A stretch of DNA of 63,732 bases, filler included, from Octopus bimaculoides (Eukaryota): NCBI RefSeq assembly GCF_001194135.2. It is 5 parts of 4 records of this genome, joined end to end, with 100 filler letters (N's around TTAATTAATTAA, not from the genome) between each part and the next. Parts side by side here need not be neighbours in the genome. Positions count along the whole stretch, not along the records: positions 1 to 16,652 come from NC_068982.1; 4 more parts are not named here. The stretch is one strand, 5' to 3'. The notes beneath the pieces were generated by a model that saw only the letters and a list, made by a program, of their open reading frames with translations, was not told the DNA's origin and did not search any database. Positions 1 to 14,261 of the stretch are shown here, piece by piece. Position 1 is the stretch's first letter. Every line of letters starts with the position of its first letter. The position numbers and the translations under genes were made by a program.

Positions 1-3000
1 TATTTCAAATCTGTCTGTAATCACCTTTGCTTTTCATCCCTCCGGGGGTTGCTAGAATAAGCTACAATTCCAACAACTCGAGCTGATGTTAAAATTTCTT
101 GTCCTCGACCTTTTTCAGTACCAGTGATGATTAACAATTTTCTCTCACCACTATTGCTTCTTTTGATGTTGATGTCGTTACTACTGCTGCTACTATTCTC
201 GCTTTTGTTGTTCCTACTATTGATCCTGTGGTTGAAACTTCTGCTATTTATTATTTTTTTTGCTCTTTTTACTGTGGTTATTGTTGCATCTTTTCCTGTT
301 ACTTGTAGTATTGATGTCGCCGCTGTACTTGTTATTATTGATACAATAGCAGTTGTTGTCTCTACTACTGCTATTTTTGCTTTTCATTGTTGTTATTGTT
401 ATTGCCGTTGATGATTTTGTTATTATTACTCTTGTTGTTGTTGTTGCTATTGTAGTTTATGTTGTTTCTTGCTTTTTTTTTGTCTTTTGTTATTGTTGTT
501 GTAGTTTCTGTTATTGCTGTTTGCCATCCTTTGCGTTGTCGGCTCCAGACAATTTTGTATCCAGAACGTCATATTAAAGAAAGACACAGAAATACTTATT
601 ACATAATTCATACAACCTTTAGTGCAATATCAGCGCGTTGTTCTTATTAAACAAATTTCGACGATAACATCGTATTTTGATGTCCTATATTCATACCAGA
701 GAGAATATTATTAATCAATATATCTAAATGCGATCGATATTTCCTCCAATGTAATGATCTACCATAACACTGTGTTTATTTCTTTTTAAATTCAAACAGC
801 AAAATAAATATAAGTATTGCATATTTATGTCACTGGAAATGGTTCCTGCCATTTGATCTAAGCAATTTGTTAATTCGTTTTCTTTATTTTACATCCTTAG
901 ATTTATCTATTTTTTACTTTATTTATTTTCTTTTTGTTGTTTTCTTTGTGTTTTGGGTTTTTTTTTTTTTTTTTNNNNNNNNNNTTTTTTTTTTTTTTCT
1001 TAAATTCATCATCTTGTATTCAGTCGAGATAAATATGGTATTTGAATAGAAATCTGTTGTGTGCTAAATCGAAAATATTCCAGATTTTTCCTGGCAAATA
1101 ACTGCAAAAGTCAACATTCATACTGGAAAGATTTGATTCGATTAAAAGGCATAGATCTATCTAACAATTGAAGATGAAGCTGCGTTGTTGCTGCTGTTGT
1201 TGTTGTTCTTGTTATTGATGTTTTGTTGTTCTTGCTATTGTTGTTGTCTTGTTGTTCATCTATCCTCGGTTTGATATAGCAAAACTATGATCGAAAGCTT
1301 CCAACTAAAACATGTTTGTCTATGTAATGAATTCTTTTAATATTTTTTTATGCAGAAATATCAGTGAAATCTCCTTCAAATTACACCCTACCGTCTGAAA
1401 GAGAAAGGACATATTGGTTACTGTCGTCATAAATCTAATGTGACAGATGAAGTTTACTTTCCTTCAATTGCAAATATTTCATGGCATTTGTAAAGTCAGA
1501 CAATATGAAAGCTCGAGAAATACATGTTTTAAAAATATCGTTGCTGTTTGTCTTCTGGTCTGTCCTAACTGAATTAGCCTACGATAAAAGTCATTCAAAC
1601 TATAGCTATACAATCTTTTCCCGTCTTGCAGGAAACACATGACTATGTTATCCAATGTGCTCTTTTCTGAGTTAAGAAAGTGTGAGCTTAGAGAAATTTG
1701 GCAGGTATTTCTAACAACTCAAGAGACCACATGGAGATTTCGTCACTAGAAACACACTCGACAAATGAGAATTTAGACAAAACTGATATTTGAAATGGCG
1801 ACCGGCTTATGATTGGTTTCAAATAGCTTAATCAGCACGACAATGCAGAATGTATGGCCTTCGGATGTTTTATAAAGCTAGTGAGATTGATACTTTCATC
1901 GTCATAGCTGAAGGATGGTTAGTCAGCATCAGAATACACACACAAACAAACAAAACATGTGGCGAGAATGAAAACCCAGAAGGCTGACACACTGAGCGCG
2001 GAAGGTTTCGGTACAAAATTCATTACAGTGGATCTACTTCGATACTTCACCAAAATAATGACAGGAGGAGGAAGTACAGTTGTATTGGTTGCGTTAGATA
2101 GCGAGGATCTGCACGAAGCTATCTTAAAGTCGCGGAAGCCATTGGAGTAATGATATCATACAGCCAAGAGTGAATAAACTGAATGTCTGTGGATCAGAGG
2201 TTATAAGATAACTTGGTGAGTAATTCATTATCAATCAGTAGGAAGTTCTTTTGGAATGCGTCCTAGAAAGTTTGTGCAAGCATTAACAGTGCAGCCCCAC
2301 ATCTGAAAGTGTTTGAAATGATATTGTATGATGTAAATGACTTTCTCCATGACCTAAGCATTGGAGAGAGAAACGAATGTAAATGGACAAATGAATTGTG
2401 CAGTAAGATCATCGTCGACTTATCTTTTACTCCATAGCGATTGACTTTTAGATGAATAATTACATACAATTGTTATTATAGATTCACATCTGTAGCGATT
2501 ATGGCAATATAAGGCCATATATTGAAGATTTTCAAACAAAGACATTTATTACAATGTCTAAAATAAAACGATTGTCAAATTATCATTTTTTATTGCTAGC
2601 AAATGGTAGCTTGCGGCTCAAACGATCGACTTGAATATTCTATATAGAAACGACATTTTGCAAATTCCTGTTCGGCAAAAATCTGTGGAACCCCTGACAA
2701 AAACATTCACCAGTTGTTAGTTGTACCCTATTTTACGTTCTCAGTTAAAATTCCAATTCCAATTCCAGCTGGTGTTGGATAGAACAAAATTTGTACGGTC
2801 TAAGTTATATTATTGGATGGCAGTTGTGTAGAATATGTGGTGTGAATGTTGGTGGAGATGTTCAGCGTATACTATAACACCAGATACCGATTATATATTT
2901 GTTGGTACTATTAGTTGGTTATAAATAGAGTATTTATTGTACGGTTGGTCCTATTTTATTACATAGCAAGATTATTTTGGACTACCTAAAGTTGTAAGGT

Positions 3001-3319
3001 CTGATATAGCGCTTATATTTTTGTTTGCGTCTTTATTTGATATATTTAGTGCAGCTAATGCTTTCATTAATATATCCCACATTCTACCCATTTCTGCTTG
3101 AGCGTACTATTTGAGAGTTCCTAGACTTTTTACAGAACTCTTAAATAAACGCAACAAAATGCCTTTCGGAGCACATAAATAGTCGTTTGACCCCTTGATA
3201 ATTATATCTGGGAACTTAGCTATGATCTTTCAATGAAGACAAGCATAGTCCAGATTATTCTCGCTTGTCAGACAGCATGGAAGTTCGGGTAGATGACTCC
3301 ATTCTAAAGGAATACGAGG

Positions 3320-3445
3320 CAATGGCAAGGAGAGGTAAGTCAATGTCATCGAATAGCATAGCAGGTCGCTGAACAAATGGACTGGGTAAATTATTCGGGT
3401 TCTGGTTTGGTCCAGATTTCCAGGTGTGCAGGAAATAAGACGAAG
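3320..3445 (+). mobile_element. Degenerate L1/Tx1-like LINE RT C-terminal fragment
   Basis: Translates as RGKSMSSNSIAGR*TNGLGKLFGFWFGPDFQV, resembling the Tx1-type ..KLLGVWFG motif. Confidence 0.45.
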
Positions 3446-4381
3446 TTATTAATAGAAGCAGGGTGAAAACTAGAATAACAACAGCAAAAATTAAACTCTA
3501 CAAACATCAGAATGACAGGTTGTTGGTAAACAATAAAACACAACTACGATCTACCAAGAAAAAAGAAATTATTTCTCAGACATCTAAAAGATTTTGTTGT
3601 TGAACTAAAACCGTGATACATTGCCAGGCCGAAAGAAAGAGCACCAGAAAAGTACATTTGTCCCTATTCAATGATGTTTCTCTCTTAAATGAATTTTGTT
3701 GACCTGGACTGGGAATGCAGCACTCAGTAGAGGATATAACAATTTCGTGTTCTGCCTAAATATGAAGACACTCTTATATGACTTCGAAAGTTCAGAAGAT
3801 AAAAGCAAAGATCACCTGAATTCTGCAAGCAGATTAGTCAATAGAGAGCAAGGAATACATGCAGAGGAATGCGATTACAGTTTTTAAATCCCTTGTTCCT
3901 CTCTAAACGTATAATATAAACCTACTGTATGTATGTATGTATGTATGTATGTATGTATCTCGTTTTTGTATTTGGTTTGCAATATTCTTTACGTAAATTA
4001 GTGTGATGAAGGATATTTTATTNNNNNNNNNNNNNNNNNNNNNNNNNNNNNNNNNNNNNNNNNNNNNNNNNNNNNNNNNNNNNNNNNNNNNNNNNNNNNN
4101 NNNNNNNNNNNNNNNNNNNNNNNNNNNNNNNNNNNNNNNNNNNNNNNNNNNNNNNNNNNNNNNNNNNNNNNNNNNNNNNNNNNNNNNNNNNNNNNNNNNN
4201 NNNNNNNNNNNNNNNNNNNNNNNNNNNNNNNNNNNNNNNNNNNNNNNNNNNNNNNNNNNNNNNNNNNNNNNNNNNNNNNNNNNNNNNNNNNNNNNNNNNN
4301 NNNNNNNNNNNNNNNNNNNNNNNNNNNNNNNNNNNNNNNNNNNNNNNNNNNNNNNNNNNNNNNNNNNNNNNNNNNNNNNNN

Positions 4382-4461
<80 letters not shown>

Positions 4462-5515
4462 CTCTCTCTCAGTAGGTATGAATGTATGTATTACATTGAA
4501 AGGCACATACATTTCTCAACTCCATCGTGGTAAACATTTGTCAACTTATTAAGCGAGCATTTTTGAAAATAATATATTTCTTCTAGAAATAACTTATTAC
4601 GGTATAGGATTAAAAATATTATACATTTCTCTCTCTCTCCCTCTTTCTCTTTCTCTCTTTCTCTCACTCTTTTTCTCACTCACTCTCCTATGCCTACATA
4701 TGTAATCCTACATGCGCCCACGTAAATATGTATGTGTATGTATACATATATGTATGTACACGGAAGCACAGACATATATACTCTTCTAAACACGATCGTT
4801 AATGGATTCAGTTAAGCTAACACCTACGAAAATAATTAACTTCATTTTACAGAAGTCATTATATCACCAAATGGAAATAATTTTTTCTTAAGAAAACTTA
4901 CAAATGATTATTACATATTCTACACATGAAGTTAGACACACACGCGCACACACACACACATATGTATGTATATATATANNNNNNNNNNNNNNNNNNNNNN
5001 NNNNNNNNNNNNNNNNNNNNNNNNNNNNNNNNNNNNNNNNNNNNNNNNNNNNNNNNNNNNNNNNNNNNNNNNNNNNNNNNNNNNNNNNNNNNNNNNNNNN
5101 NNNNNNNNNNNNNNNNNNNNNNNNNNNNNNNNNNNNNNNNNNNNNNNNNNNNNNNNNNNNNNNNNNNNNNNNNNNNNNNNNNNNNNNNNNNNNNNNNNNN
5201 NNNNNNNNNNNNNNNNNNNNNNNNNNNNNNNNNNNNNNNNNNNNNNNNNNNNNNNNNNNNNNNNNNNNNNNNNNNNNNNNNNNNNNNNNNNNNNNNNNNN
5301 NNNNNNNNNNNNNNNNNNNNNNNNNNNNNNNNNNNNNNNNNNNNNNNNNNNNNNNNNNNNNNNNNNNNNNNNNNNNNNNNNNNNNNNNNNNNNNNNNNNN
5401 NNNNNNNNNNNNNNNNNNNNNNNNNNNNNNNNNNNATATATATATATATACACACACACACAGAAAACGAAGAGAATGTGTGTAACAGAGAGAGAAAAAA
5501 CATCGAAACAGATAA

Positions 5516-5557
<42 letters not shown>

Positions 5558-5877
5558 GGGAAGTTACGTAGTTCAGGAAATAGTTAGGAAGGGGGTAAGT
5601 CGATAGGTAGATAGAGAGTGAGACACAGAGATGTAGATATGCTACTTGTTTCAATCATTAGACTGCGGCCATGTTGGGGCACAGCCTTGAGGAGTTTTTA
5701 GTCGAACCAATCGATCTCCTGGGACTTATTCTATGGGTAACTCTTGCCGAACCGCTAAGTTATGGGGACGTAAAGAAACCAACGCCTGTTGTCAAGTGGT
5801 GGTAGTGGACAAACACGGACACAAAGAACACACACAGACAAAGATATACACAATCTGTCTGTCTGCCTCTCTCTCTA

Positions 5878-5909
<32 letters not shown>

Positions 5910-6311
5910 GCACACATGCACAGACATATATTAATCGAAGGGCATACTGAACATGTCTACCTGCTGGAAATAAGAGTTAAAACTCTTATTTAAACCGCCG
6001 GGAAAATAACACTGGTAATAACTAAAGAAATCAACCGTCTGCGAGCATACGGGTCAAGAAAATCATTCTACACACCTATATACCATCCAGGTATATTTTT
6101 TCTAGCATTTGGACTCATGTGAACCGGTTTCTGGTCTGGCATTATAGCCTCACCCTCCTCAGCACGTGTTACTACGATGAAAAAATCTCGCGACCCGTCA
6201 AGTGTGCGGTGCACTTATTTGTTTTGCGCCAAATCTAAGCAGTCTCAGTGTAAAAACTAATTCCAATAAGGAGCAAATAATTCTGCAGGAATTATTTGCG
6301 AAGATATTATC

Positions 6312-6350
<39 letters not shown>

Positions 6351-6354
<4 letters not shown>

Positions 6355-6952
6355 AGGGTTGGATAGAATAATGGAAACACCTTAAAATTTCAAACAAATT
6401 CATTTTAATATGAAGTAGAGCCGCATTTGGCAGTAATTACAGCTTGAATTATACGAGTTATGGAATCGTACAAAGCTTGAATTTCCATTCTTCAGCTAAA
6501 ACAATCTCCATTTCTTGTTGTGATGATGGTGGAGGATATCGACTCCTTACTTTTTTTCTGAAATGCACCATAAATGTTCAATAATATTGAGATCTGGGGA
6601 CTGTGGTGGCCAAATACGATGTTCAACTTCACTACAATGTTCCTCATGGCGCTCAGTAACAACTTTAGCTGTGTGAATTGGTGCATTATCATCCTGAAAG
6701 ATTGCGTTTTCTTCCGGAAACAGTTCCGCAACCATAGGATGAATTTGATCAGATAAAATGCTTAAATAATCTTGACTATTAATTCTGCCATGAAGGGCAA
6801 CCATTGGGCCGGCGGATTTCCAAGATATAACCACCCAGATCATCACAGATCCTCCTCCATGTTTAACAGTTGGGTTAAATGCTTCCTTTAGCTGTCTCCA
6901 CACGTATACTCGGCCGGTGGTCGGAAATAAGGTAAAGGATGACTCGTCCGTG
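6351..6952 (-). mobile_element. Tc1-like DNA transposon 3' part with DD36E transposase relic and TIR
   Basis: ORF TDESSF...TVKHGGGSVMIW...FQDDNAPIH...WPPQSPDLNIIEHLW. TIR-like CAAGGGTTGGATAGAATAATGGAAACACC next to a TA run at 6351. The 5' part is lost in the gap. Confidence 0.92.
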
Positions 6953-7483
6953 NNNNNNNNNNNNNNNNNNNNNNNNNNNNNNNNNNNNNNNNNNNNNNNN
7001 NNNNNNNNNNNNNNNNNNNNNNNNNNNNNNNNNNNNNNNNNNNNNNNNNNNNNNNNNNNNNNNNNNNNNNNNNNNNNNNNNNNNNNNNNNNNNNNNNNNN
7101 NNNNNNNNNNNNNNNNNNNNNNNNNNNNNNNNNNNNNNNNNNNNNNNNNNNNNNNNNNNNNNNNNNNNNNNNNNNNNNNNNNNNNNNNNNNNNNNNNNNN
7201 NNNNNNNNNNNNNNNNNNNNNNNNNNNNNNNNNNNNNNNNNNNNNNNNNNNNNNNNNNNNNNNNNNNNNNNNNNNNNNNNNNNNNNNNNNNNNNNNNNNN
7301 NNNNNNNNNNNNNNNNNNNNNNNNNNNNNNNNNNNNNNNNNNNNNNNNNNNNNNNNNNNNNNNNNNNNNNNNNNNNNNNNNNNNNNNNNNNNNNNNNNNN
7401 NNNNNNNNNNNNNNNNNNNNNNNNNNNNNNNNNNNNNNNNNNNNNNNNNNNNNNNNNNNNNNNNNNNNNNNNNNNNNNNNNNN

Positions 7484-7530
<47 letters not shown>

Positions 7531-9354
7531 CAGTGGGCTTTTTTCATTTTCCGTCAAACAAAATCCACTGACCCAAGGCTATAGTAGAAAACACTTGCTC
7601 AAGGTACCACGCAATGGGACTGACCCCAAAACCATGTGGTTGAGAAATAAGCTTCTTAACACACAACCACACCTGTGCCCATGCCTATTTGCATAACGTA
7701 ATCCATTTAACTGCCACAAAAGCCGTCCATTTAAACTTGACAGCCGTTTTTTTTTTGTTCACTTTAAGGCAAAACACATCGCTTAAATATTTCCTGAATC
7801 CACGACCAACTCACTTGCCTCCGCAACCAACACTACTACCACTCTTAACAAATTCCCCCATACCCCGCCTAATAACTTGAAGTTAAGGGGTAGTGTTGGT
7901 GGTGATGGGAATGGTAGTGGTGGTAATGGTAATATTGCCAGAAGTACAGAAGACATGGTTGCTGGGGAGAAGACCGGATAACCGCTGCAGTTTCGGTCTT
8001 AAATTCTGACCCAGCATCTAAACGCGTTCCTCGGTGTCGTTTCTTTGTATACTCTAGATGTAACCCTATTGTTTGTACATTTGTGAGTAAGTATGTGTAT
8101 GTGACAGAGAGAAAGAGAGAGTGTGTGTATGTGAGAGAGCATGTGTATGAGAGAGAGAGTGTTTGTGTATGTGGTTGTATGCTTGTAATTATGTTTGCTG
8201 TGTTCTTTGTGTTTGTATGTGTGCATGTATGTATTCGTGTGTGGCTGCGTGTGTATGAGTATAGTGAGCGTGTGTACGAGTATAGTGTGCATATGTGCCT
8301 GTGTGTAAGAGGGCGTGTGTTTTTCTATGCTTGTGTGTATAGATATTTGTAGTTCTATCAGCGTTTGTGTACGCGTGTGAATGTGTGTGTGTGCATGTGT
8401 GAGAGAGAGAGAGAGAGCGACAGTGTGTGTGTGTGCGCGCGCGTACGTCCATGCGTGTGATCGTTTTGTGTGTTCTTTCTTTCGTCTCCATCTTTGTTTT
8501 TATCTTCGTCTTGTCAATGGCGGACGTTCAACGAGCGGAAATGATGACACACACATAAATGAATCAAAACACTCTTGACTTTTAGTGGTTAAAGTTTTAT
8601 ATCCGTATGCTGTCATTTACGATTTACCCTCGAATGGATGAGAAAAAAAGTAAAACGGTTTGACAAGGAGCACGTAATGAAGAAAGATAGAGGTAAAGAG
8701 AGTAGTAGAGAGGTAGAATAACAGAGAAAGGAGAAAAAATTGGTGACATGTAGATTGATAAATTATGAGACTAGTGATATGTATGTATGTATGTATGTAT
8801 GAGTGCGTGTGTGTGTTTGTGTGTGTGGAAATAGAGAGAGAGCAGAGAGAGTGATGGGATGATTTAGATATGAAGTTAGAGAGATAAATTAGAGAAAGAG
8901 ACGGAGTAGATGACTAAGAGTTAGATAAGTTATAAGACAAAGAGGGTGAGAGATCGGATATATGAGGCCGATTACAAGAAACAGTGTGAAAGGGGGGGTG
9001 AGGATGGATAGATAAATCAACAGAAAAAAAGAAAGGGAAAGAGAGACTACATCACTACATGAATTCTGGGAAGAGTAAGCAAAAGTATGAGAGAAATTTA
9101 TTTAGAGGTTGGTGAAACAGAGAACGACAGATTAAGTAAGAGAGAGAGAAAGAGAGAGAGGTGGGGAAGAGAGATAATCATACAAAACTTATTGTTTCTT
9201 GATATACCTCTCCGTATCTGGGATTATCATATGCTAAATATCTTCAGGAACATTTAAATCTTAGATGCAGGCTGAGTTTATTTCTGTTTGTTAGTTTCCT
9301 TCAGATTATCAAGTTTCGTCTAAATTTTCTTCTATTTCGATGAAGAGACATCAG

Positions 9355-10570
9355 ATAATCCTTTCTACTATAGGTGCAAGGCCTGAAATTTTGGCGAGGG
9401 TACTAGTCGATTTAATTGACCCCAGTGTTTCACTGGTACTTATTTTATCGACCCCAAAAGGATGAAAAGCAAGGTCGATCTCGGCGGAATTAGAACTCAG
9501 AACGTAGTGGTAGACTAAATACCACTAAGCATTTCGACCGGCGTGCTAACAATTCTGCCAGTTCGCCGCCTTAGGGAACATCAGATAATGAAAATGATTC
9601 AATATCAGAAGGCCAAATGCACCCCATCACTGTTGGTTTTATTAGAGGGGAATTATAATGATGAGTTCTAACATTTTTAATAATGGGTTGTTATTTAGGC
9701 ACAAGTCTAACAATTCTGAGAAGATCAGTCTTTACCATCGACTCCAGTACTTAAATGTTATTATATTTTATCAGACTCGGCATTTATTTTAAGGAGCGAA
9801 GTTGACCATGGCGAAATTTGAACATAGAAAATAAAAAAAGGGAGAAGAAATACCACAAAGCATTTTTTCTGACCTAATGTTCTAACAATCCTGTTAATTA
9901 AGGATACATAGTCTTATTTTTCCGTGGAGTATAGTCGGCTCTATTGACTCCAATACTTAATTGTTACATATTTCGGAAGAAAGAGCAACGTAAACATTAT
10001 CCTTATTAGAACTCAGAACGTGAAATGACATCAATAAATACCTCAAAGCGTTTTGTTCATCATTCTCCCGGTTCTACCAATAACATGCCTATAATAATTT
10101 CTAGTATTCATACATAGATACAAGGACATCAAATTTTCTTGATACGTGTATAAACTGTGTGGTAAGTAGCTTGCTTACGAACCACGTGGTTCCGGGTTCA
10201 GTCCCACTGCCTGGCACCTTGGGTAAGTGTCTTCTACTATAGCCTCGGGCCGACCAAATCCTTGTGAGTGGATTTGGTAGACGGAAACTGAAAGAAGCCC
10301 GTCGTATATATATATATATATATATNNNNNNNNNNGGGTTGATTTGCTCGACTAAAGGCGGTGCTCCAGCATCGCCACAGTCAAATGACTGAAACAAATA
10401 AAGGAGTAAAAGAGTAAATAATTAAATTGAATCTAGTGTTTGTTAGTACTTATTCTCTCGATACCAAAAGGATGAAAGGCATTCAACCCGGTAGGATATG
10501 AGATCAAAACGTATTATGCAACAAAATAGCGCAATCAATTTTGGCCGACGCTCTACTGTTTATGCCACAC
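9355..10570 (-). mobile_element. Cluster of four Nin/Deu-domain tRNA-SINE copies interleaved with other SINEs
   Basis: Reverse complements of GGCGGCGAGCTGGCAGAA...GACTTTGCCTTTCATCCTTT.GGGGTCGATAAAATAAGTACCAG at about 9355-9570, 9690-9895, 9925-10085 and 10430-10570. Confidence 0.75.
10150..10305 (+). mobile_element. tRNA-SINE family B (other copies: 7534-7685 -, 19226-19367 -, 24538-24682 -, 26333-26425 +, 31655-31815 -, 40108-40240 -, 57185-57330 +, 61797-61960 -)
   Basis: GTGTGGTAAGTAGCTTGC...GGTTCAGTCCCACTG...GGCAAGTGTCTTCTACTATAGCC...GGAAACTGAAAGAAGCCCGTCG, usually ending in TA/CA microsatellites. Confidence 0.85.
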
Positions 10571-11240
10571 ACGTGGGGCAAAATTCTTTATATGATCTAC
10601 TGAAATCGGTCCGGGTTTTTTTTTGTTTTTACTTTAAGGGTTCTCTCTGAATTCTAATTTCTCAGTATACTAATTCTCTCAAAATATTTAATTCACGTAT
10701 CCGGAAAGACCTTTAACCACTTCTCTTTTCTAACTCTAAAGCTCTAAAGCTATAAAAGACACTTTATGATAATTTACCACAAATTGTGAAAAGTAGAAAA
10801 CATTGGGCAGGTGGTTCAATGTTCAATGATACCTGTATAGATAAAAAAAAAACCGTCACTCTGAATAATGTGAAACACAAAACGATGTTCATCACTGTTA
10901 TTGAAATATCTAACTGTAAAAGGTAATAGACGCTGCTTTTCTCACCGATATTGGCTCTATTATGGTGAGCAACAATATTTGTATCTGAATTAAATGTTAC
11001 AGAGAAATCGAATCCTCGGAAGCATCATCCCTTTGACAGTAATATGATTATAAAAATGTAACTTTACAAACATAATCAATACAATAAGATCAATACTACT
11101 ATCACAATAACAAGACTGATAATAATAAAATCCCAATCATTGTCACATCTGCCAATATTATTTTAACAACTTCACCACTATTATGACTAGTAATTACAAA
11201 CTTTCTCTCATACTTTCTCGCACTCTCTCACTTATACACA

Positions 11241-11243
<3 letters not shown>

Positions 11244-11331
<88 letters not shown>
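11244..11331. repeat. (CT)n microsatellite (similar AG/CT tracts at 4382-4470, 12827-12902, 36500-36540, 53948-54000)
   Basis: Read directly from the sequence. Confidence 0.95.
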
Positions 11332-11334
<3 letters not shown>

Positions 11335-12831
11335 TGATGAAGTGTGTGCATGACAAAGTTTTACGCGTGTGTCCTTGACACACGCTCCTTGCAAGTCTTT
11401 CTTTGAACCTTCTTTGAGTAACGACATCCGATATTTGAGCCTTCTTCTTGAAGTCGTTGTGACATTGGCCGCATTTTGTACATTTTTAGACCTGGTAAGG
11501 CTTATCGCCATATAAATCTAAAGCCAGACAATTTTTTTTCAAGAAAAGAGAGGGAGTAAGAAAGAATAAATGAGAAAAGTAAGTCGTACTTAGCTAGTAC
11601 TTTACCGACCACGAAATGATTAAAGGCAAGCGTGACCACAACCGGCATTAAACTTAGGCACACAGAGAGCAAAAGCAAAAACTCAAGACTATCTTATGCT
11701 CTAACGTCTCTGGCGAATTACCACCTTTAAGCATGTGTATGCTCTTGCTTATATATTACTGCTTATATCTATCTTCACGTATGTATATATGTGCGCGCTT
11801 GTGTGTAAAACCTCGGATATGCGCTGGCGTATGTGTACATGAGCGTATGGTATATATATACATATAAATGCACGAATGTTCGTCTATGGGAATGTGTTTT
11901 TTTGTGTGTGTTCGCGTGTGAGTGAATGCCTGTATAAGGACATGTGTATGCTTTTGCGTGCTTCCACTTGTGTGTGTATATAAGTGAGTGTATGTTGCAT
12001 GTGTGACTTTCCTTGTGTGTTTATGTGCGTGCATGTGTCTGTGATTGCTTGTTTCTGCTTGGTCTTTGTGTATGCATAAATTTATAACAAGGCATATGTG
12101 CGTATGTTTGTTATAGCGCGTGTATGAGTATGTGCTTATGCGTGTACAAGAATTCGTATGCGTGTTTGGGTATATGTGTGTAAGCGTATGCACAAGTACA
12201 CTTCTGTGTGCATGTTTGTGTATCTGTGCGTCTGCTAGTGTAAGCATGTGTGCACATGGTTATATATATATATATATATCTGCTTGTGCGTGTGTGTAAC
12301 AAACACGAAACAGATGTTTCTCTTCAAATATCAGACCAGTAAATTTGTGATTTGAAATCTGCAAATGTCTAACACCGTGAGACATTAATAGAGTCAGTAA
12401 AACGTCATTTATCAAGAGTTCCACATTTGCTAGAGTCAAAAAATAAAAGCATTATGTGTGTTTCTGCTTTTTTCAACATTTGAAATTGTGTCGTGTGCTA
12501 GAAAAAACATAACTAAATGCATTAGTGGTTTCGATGGAAAATTGTAAAGGACAAATGACTAAATATAAAAAGAAAAAACAATTACATGGAAATGAACATC
12601 AACAATAAGCCAACAAGAATGACAACAATCACAAAAGAGTATTAATAAAGTCAATAAAGAGAAATCAAATATAGAAATATAGAGGAGATTAAATAAATTA
12701 TAGGAATATAGAGAGAAATAATGTAATAAAATGCAATAGAAACGATGACGCATGTTTGAATATGATCACACACGCGATAAAATAGAAATACGATGATTTA
12801 GTGAGAGTGGAGATAGTAAGAGTATGAGAGA

Positions 12832-12906
<75 letters not shown>

Positions 12907-13984
12907 AGGAAGAAAACACAGAGAAAGTGGTATAAGCATTGAGGGGATGACAGAGGTATTGTAATGCTTTAGAAAGCAATTGAGTAAGAAAGAGACAAAG
13001 TGTTTGTTGGAAGAAAGGATAGATAAAATAAGAATTTTATAGGAATAAGGTAAAGAGGTGGTTTGATAAACTACATTTAAAGTGGAAATGTTAAAAATGA
13101 GTTACAAATACTGAGAGAAGATAGATAAGAAAATGGAAAGAGTATACTATAGGACAGAAAAAGTTATATTATATGAAAATTGTGGAAGTGAGAAGTGAGA
13201 GTAAAAAGTGAGAAAAATATATTGATATGAATTGTATCAGAGGCGGAAAAAGTGGATCGTAGTAAAAAAGAGAAAGAAATGGTTCATAAAAGTGAGGTAC
13301 AGGTATATATGCATAATATCATATTGGAGAATGAGTAAAAACTAAACAACCAATGCATATAATAGGAGGAATGCAAATATTGTCGACATTTATAGAAAAT
13401 AGATAAAGGAACAAAAAATGATAATTTGGAGAAGAAAAGTTTGAGGAAGTAGAAAAGAAATAAAACTGAGTAATAAATAAACAAATAAATAAATAAATGA
13501 ATAAATATATAAAGATACCTGGTGAAAAATCAATAGAAAATATACATGTATTTATAAGTACCTGCTAACGTATGATACCTGTTTCATTTGAGACCCCACA
13601 CTACGACGTTTGTTGGTATTAGTAATCGACTTTGTATATAACTTTCTAAGTAAAAAAAAACTGTTATATACCTAACATAATCAATGTAGTTACTTCATAT
13701 ACCGTCATGATAGGAATGTTTATTGAGATTACTTTTGAAGGGATACGTTTTGTAATGGATATAAGACATGTCTGAATATGCTAGTCGTACTATGAAGTAG
13801 AGCTTGAAGTTTTAATGCGGTCCGCGTGTGGTGTGAATGGAATGTGGCTAAAGAAAGCGAGATGGAAAATTCATTGATAGTCTACAGAGAAAGAAGTAGT
13901 AAAGATATATATTTACACCCACGCACCCACACACGCATATGTATGTATGTATGTATATCATTACCATATATAAATATGTATATA

Positions 13985-14261
13985 TAGCTGTAAGACTACC
14001 TTTCTCTTTATATATGTCCGAGAAATACTGTCTTGGTTTTGTTGTCCCATTTTATTTAACATATACACGCTCACACACGACCCGCGTTAGACTCCTCACT
14101 CATACTATCATCGAACCGGGTGTCTAACAATGGTCCTTCCGTAGCACTTACATACGCGGGTCGTGTGTGAGCGTGTATATGGTAAATAAAATGAGACAAC
14201 AAAGCCAAGGCATTGTGAAATTTCTAGAACATATATAAAGAGAAAGGTAGTCTTACAACTG
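13985..14261. mobile_element. Fold-back MITE (about 277 bp)
   Basis: Arms (A/T)GCTGTAAGACTACCTTTCTCTTTATATATGT...ACACGACCCGCGT and the reverse complement ACGCGGGTCGTGTGTGAGCG...AGAGAAAGGTAGTCTTACAACTG. Confidence 0.85.

Noticed and set aside
124-650. Hydrophobic membrane-protein-like ORFs (also 62724-63077, 59987-60392)
   Set aside because: They are translations of GTT/CTT-rich or purine-rich low-complexity DNA, with no splice or homology support.
4003-7696. Long ORFs spanning N runs (also 23755-25031, 27423-29552, 39269-40320)
   Set aside because: They are open only because N translates as X; the flanks are microsatellites.
11360-11500. Possible exon ending CTG|GTAAGG (…VVVTLAAFCTFLDL)
   Set aside because: No clear acceptor, partner exon or recognisable homology.
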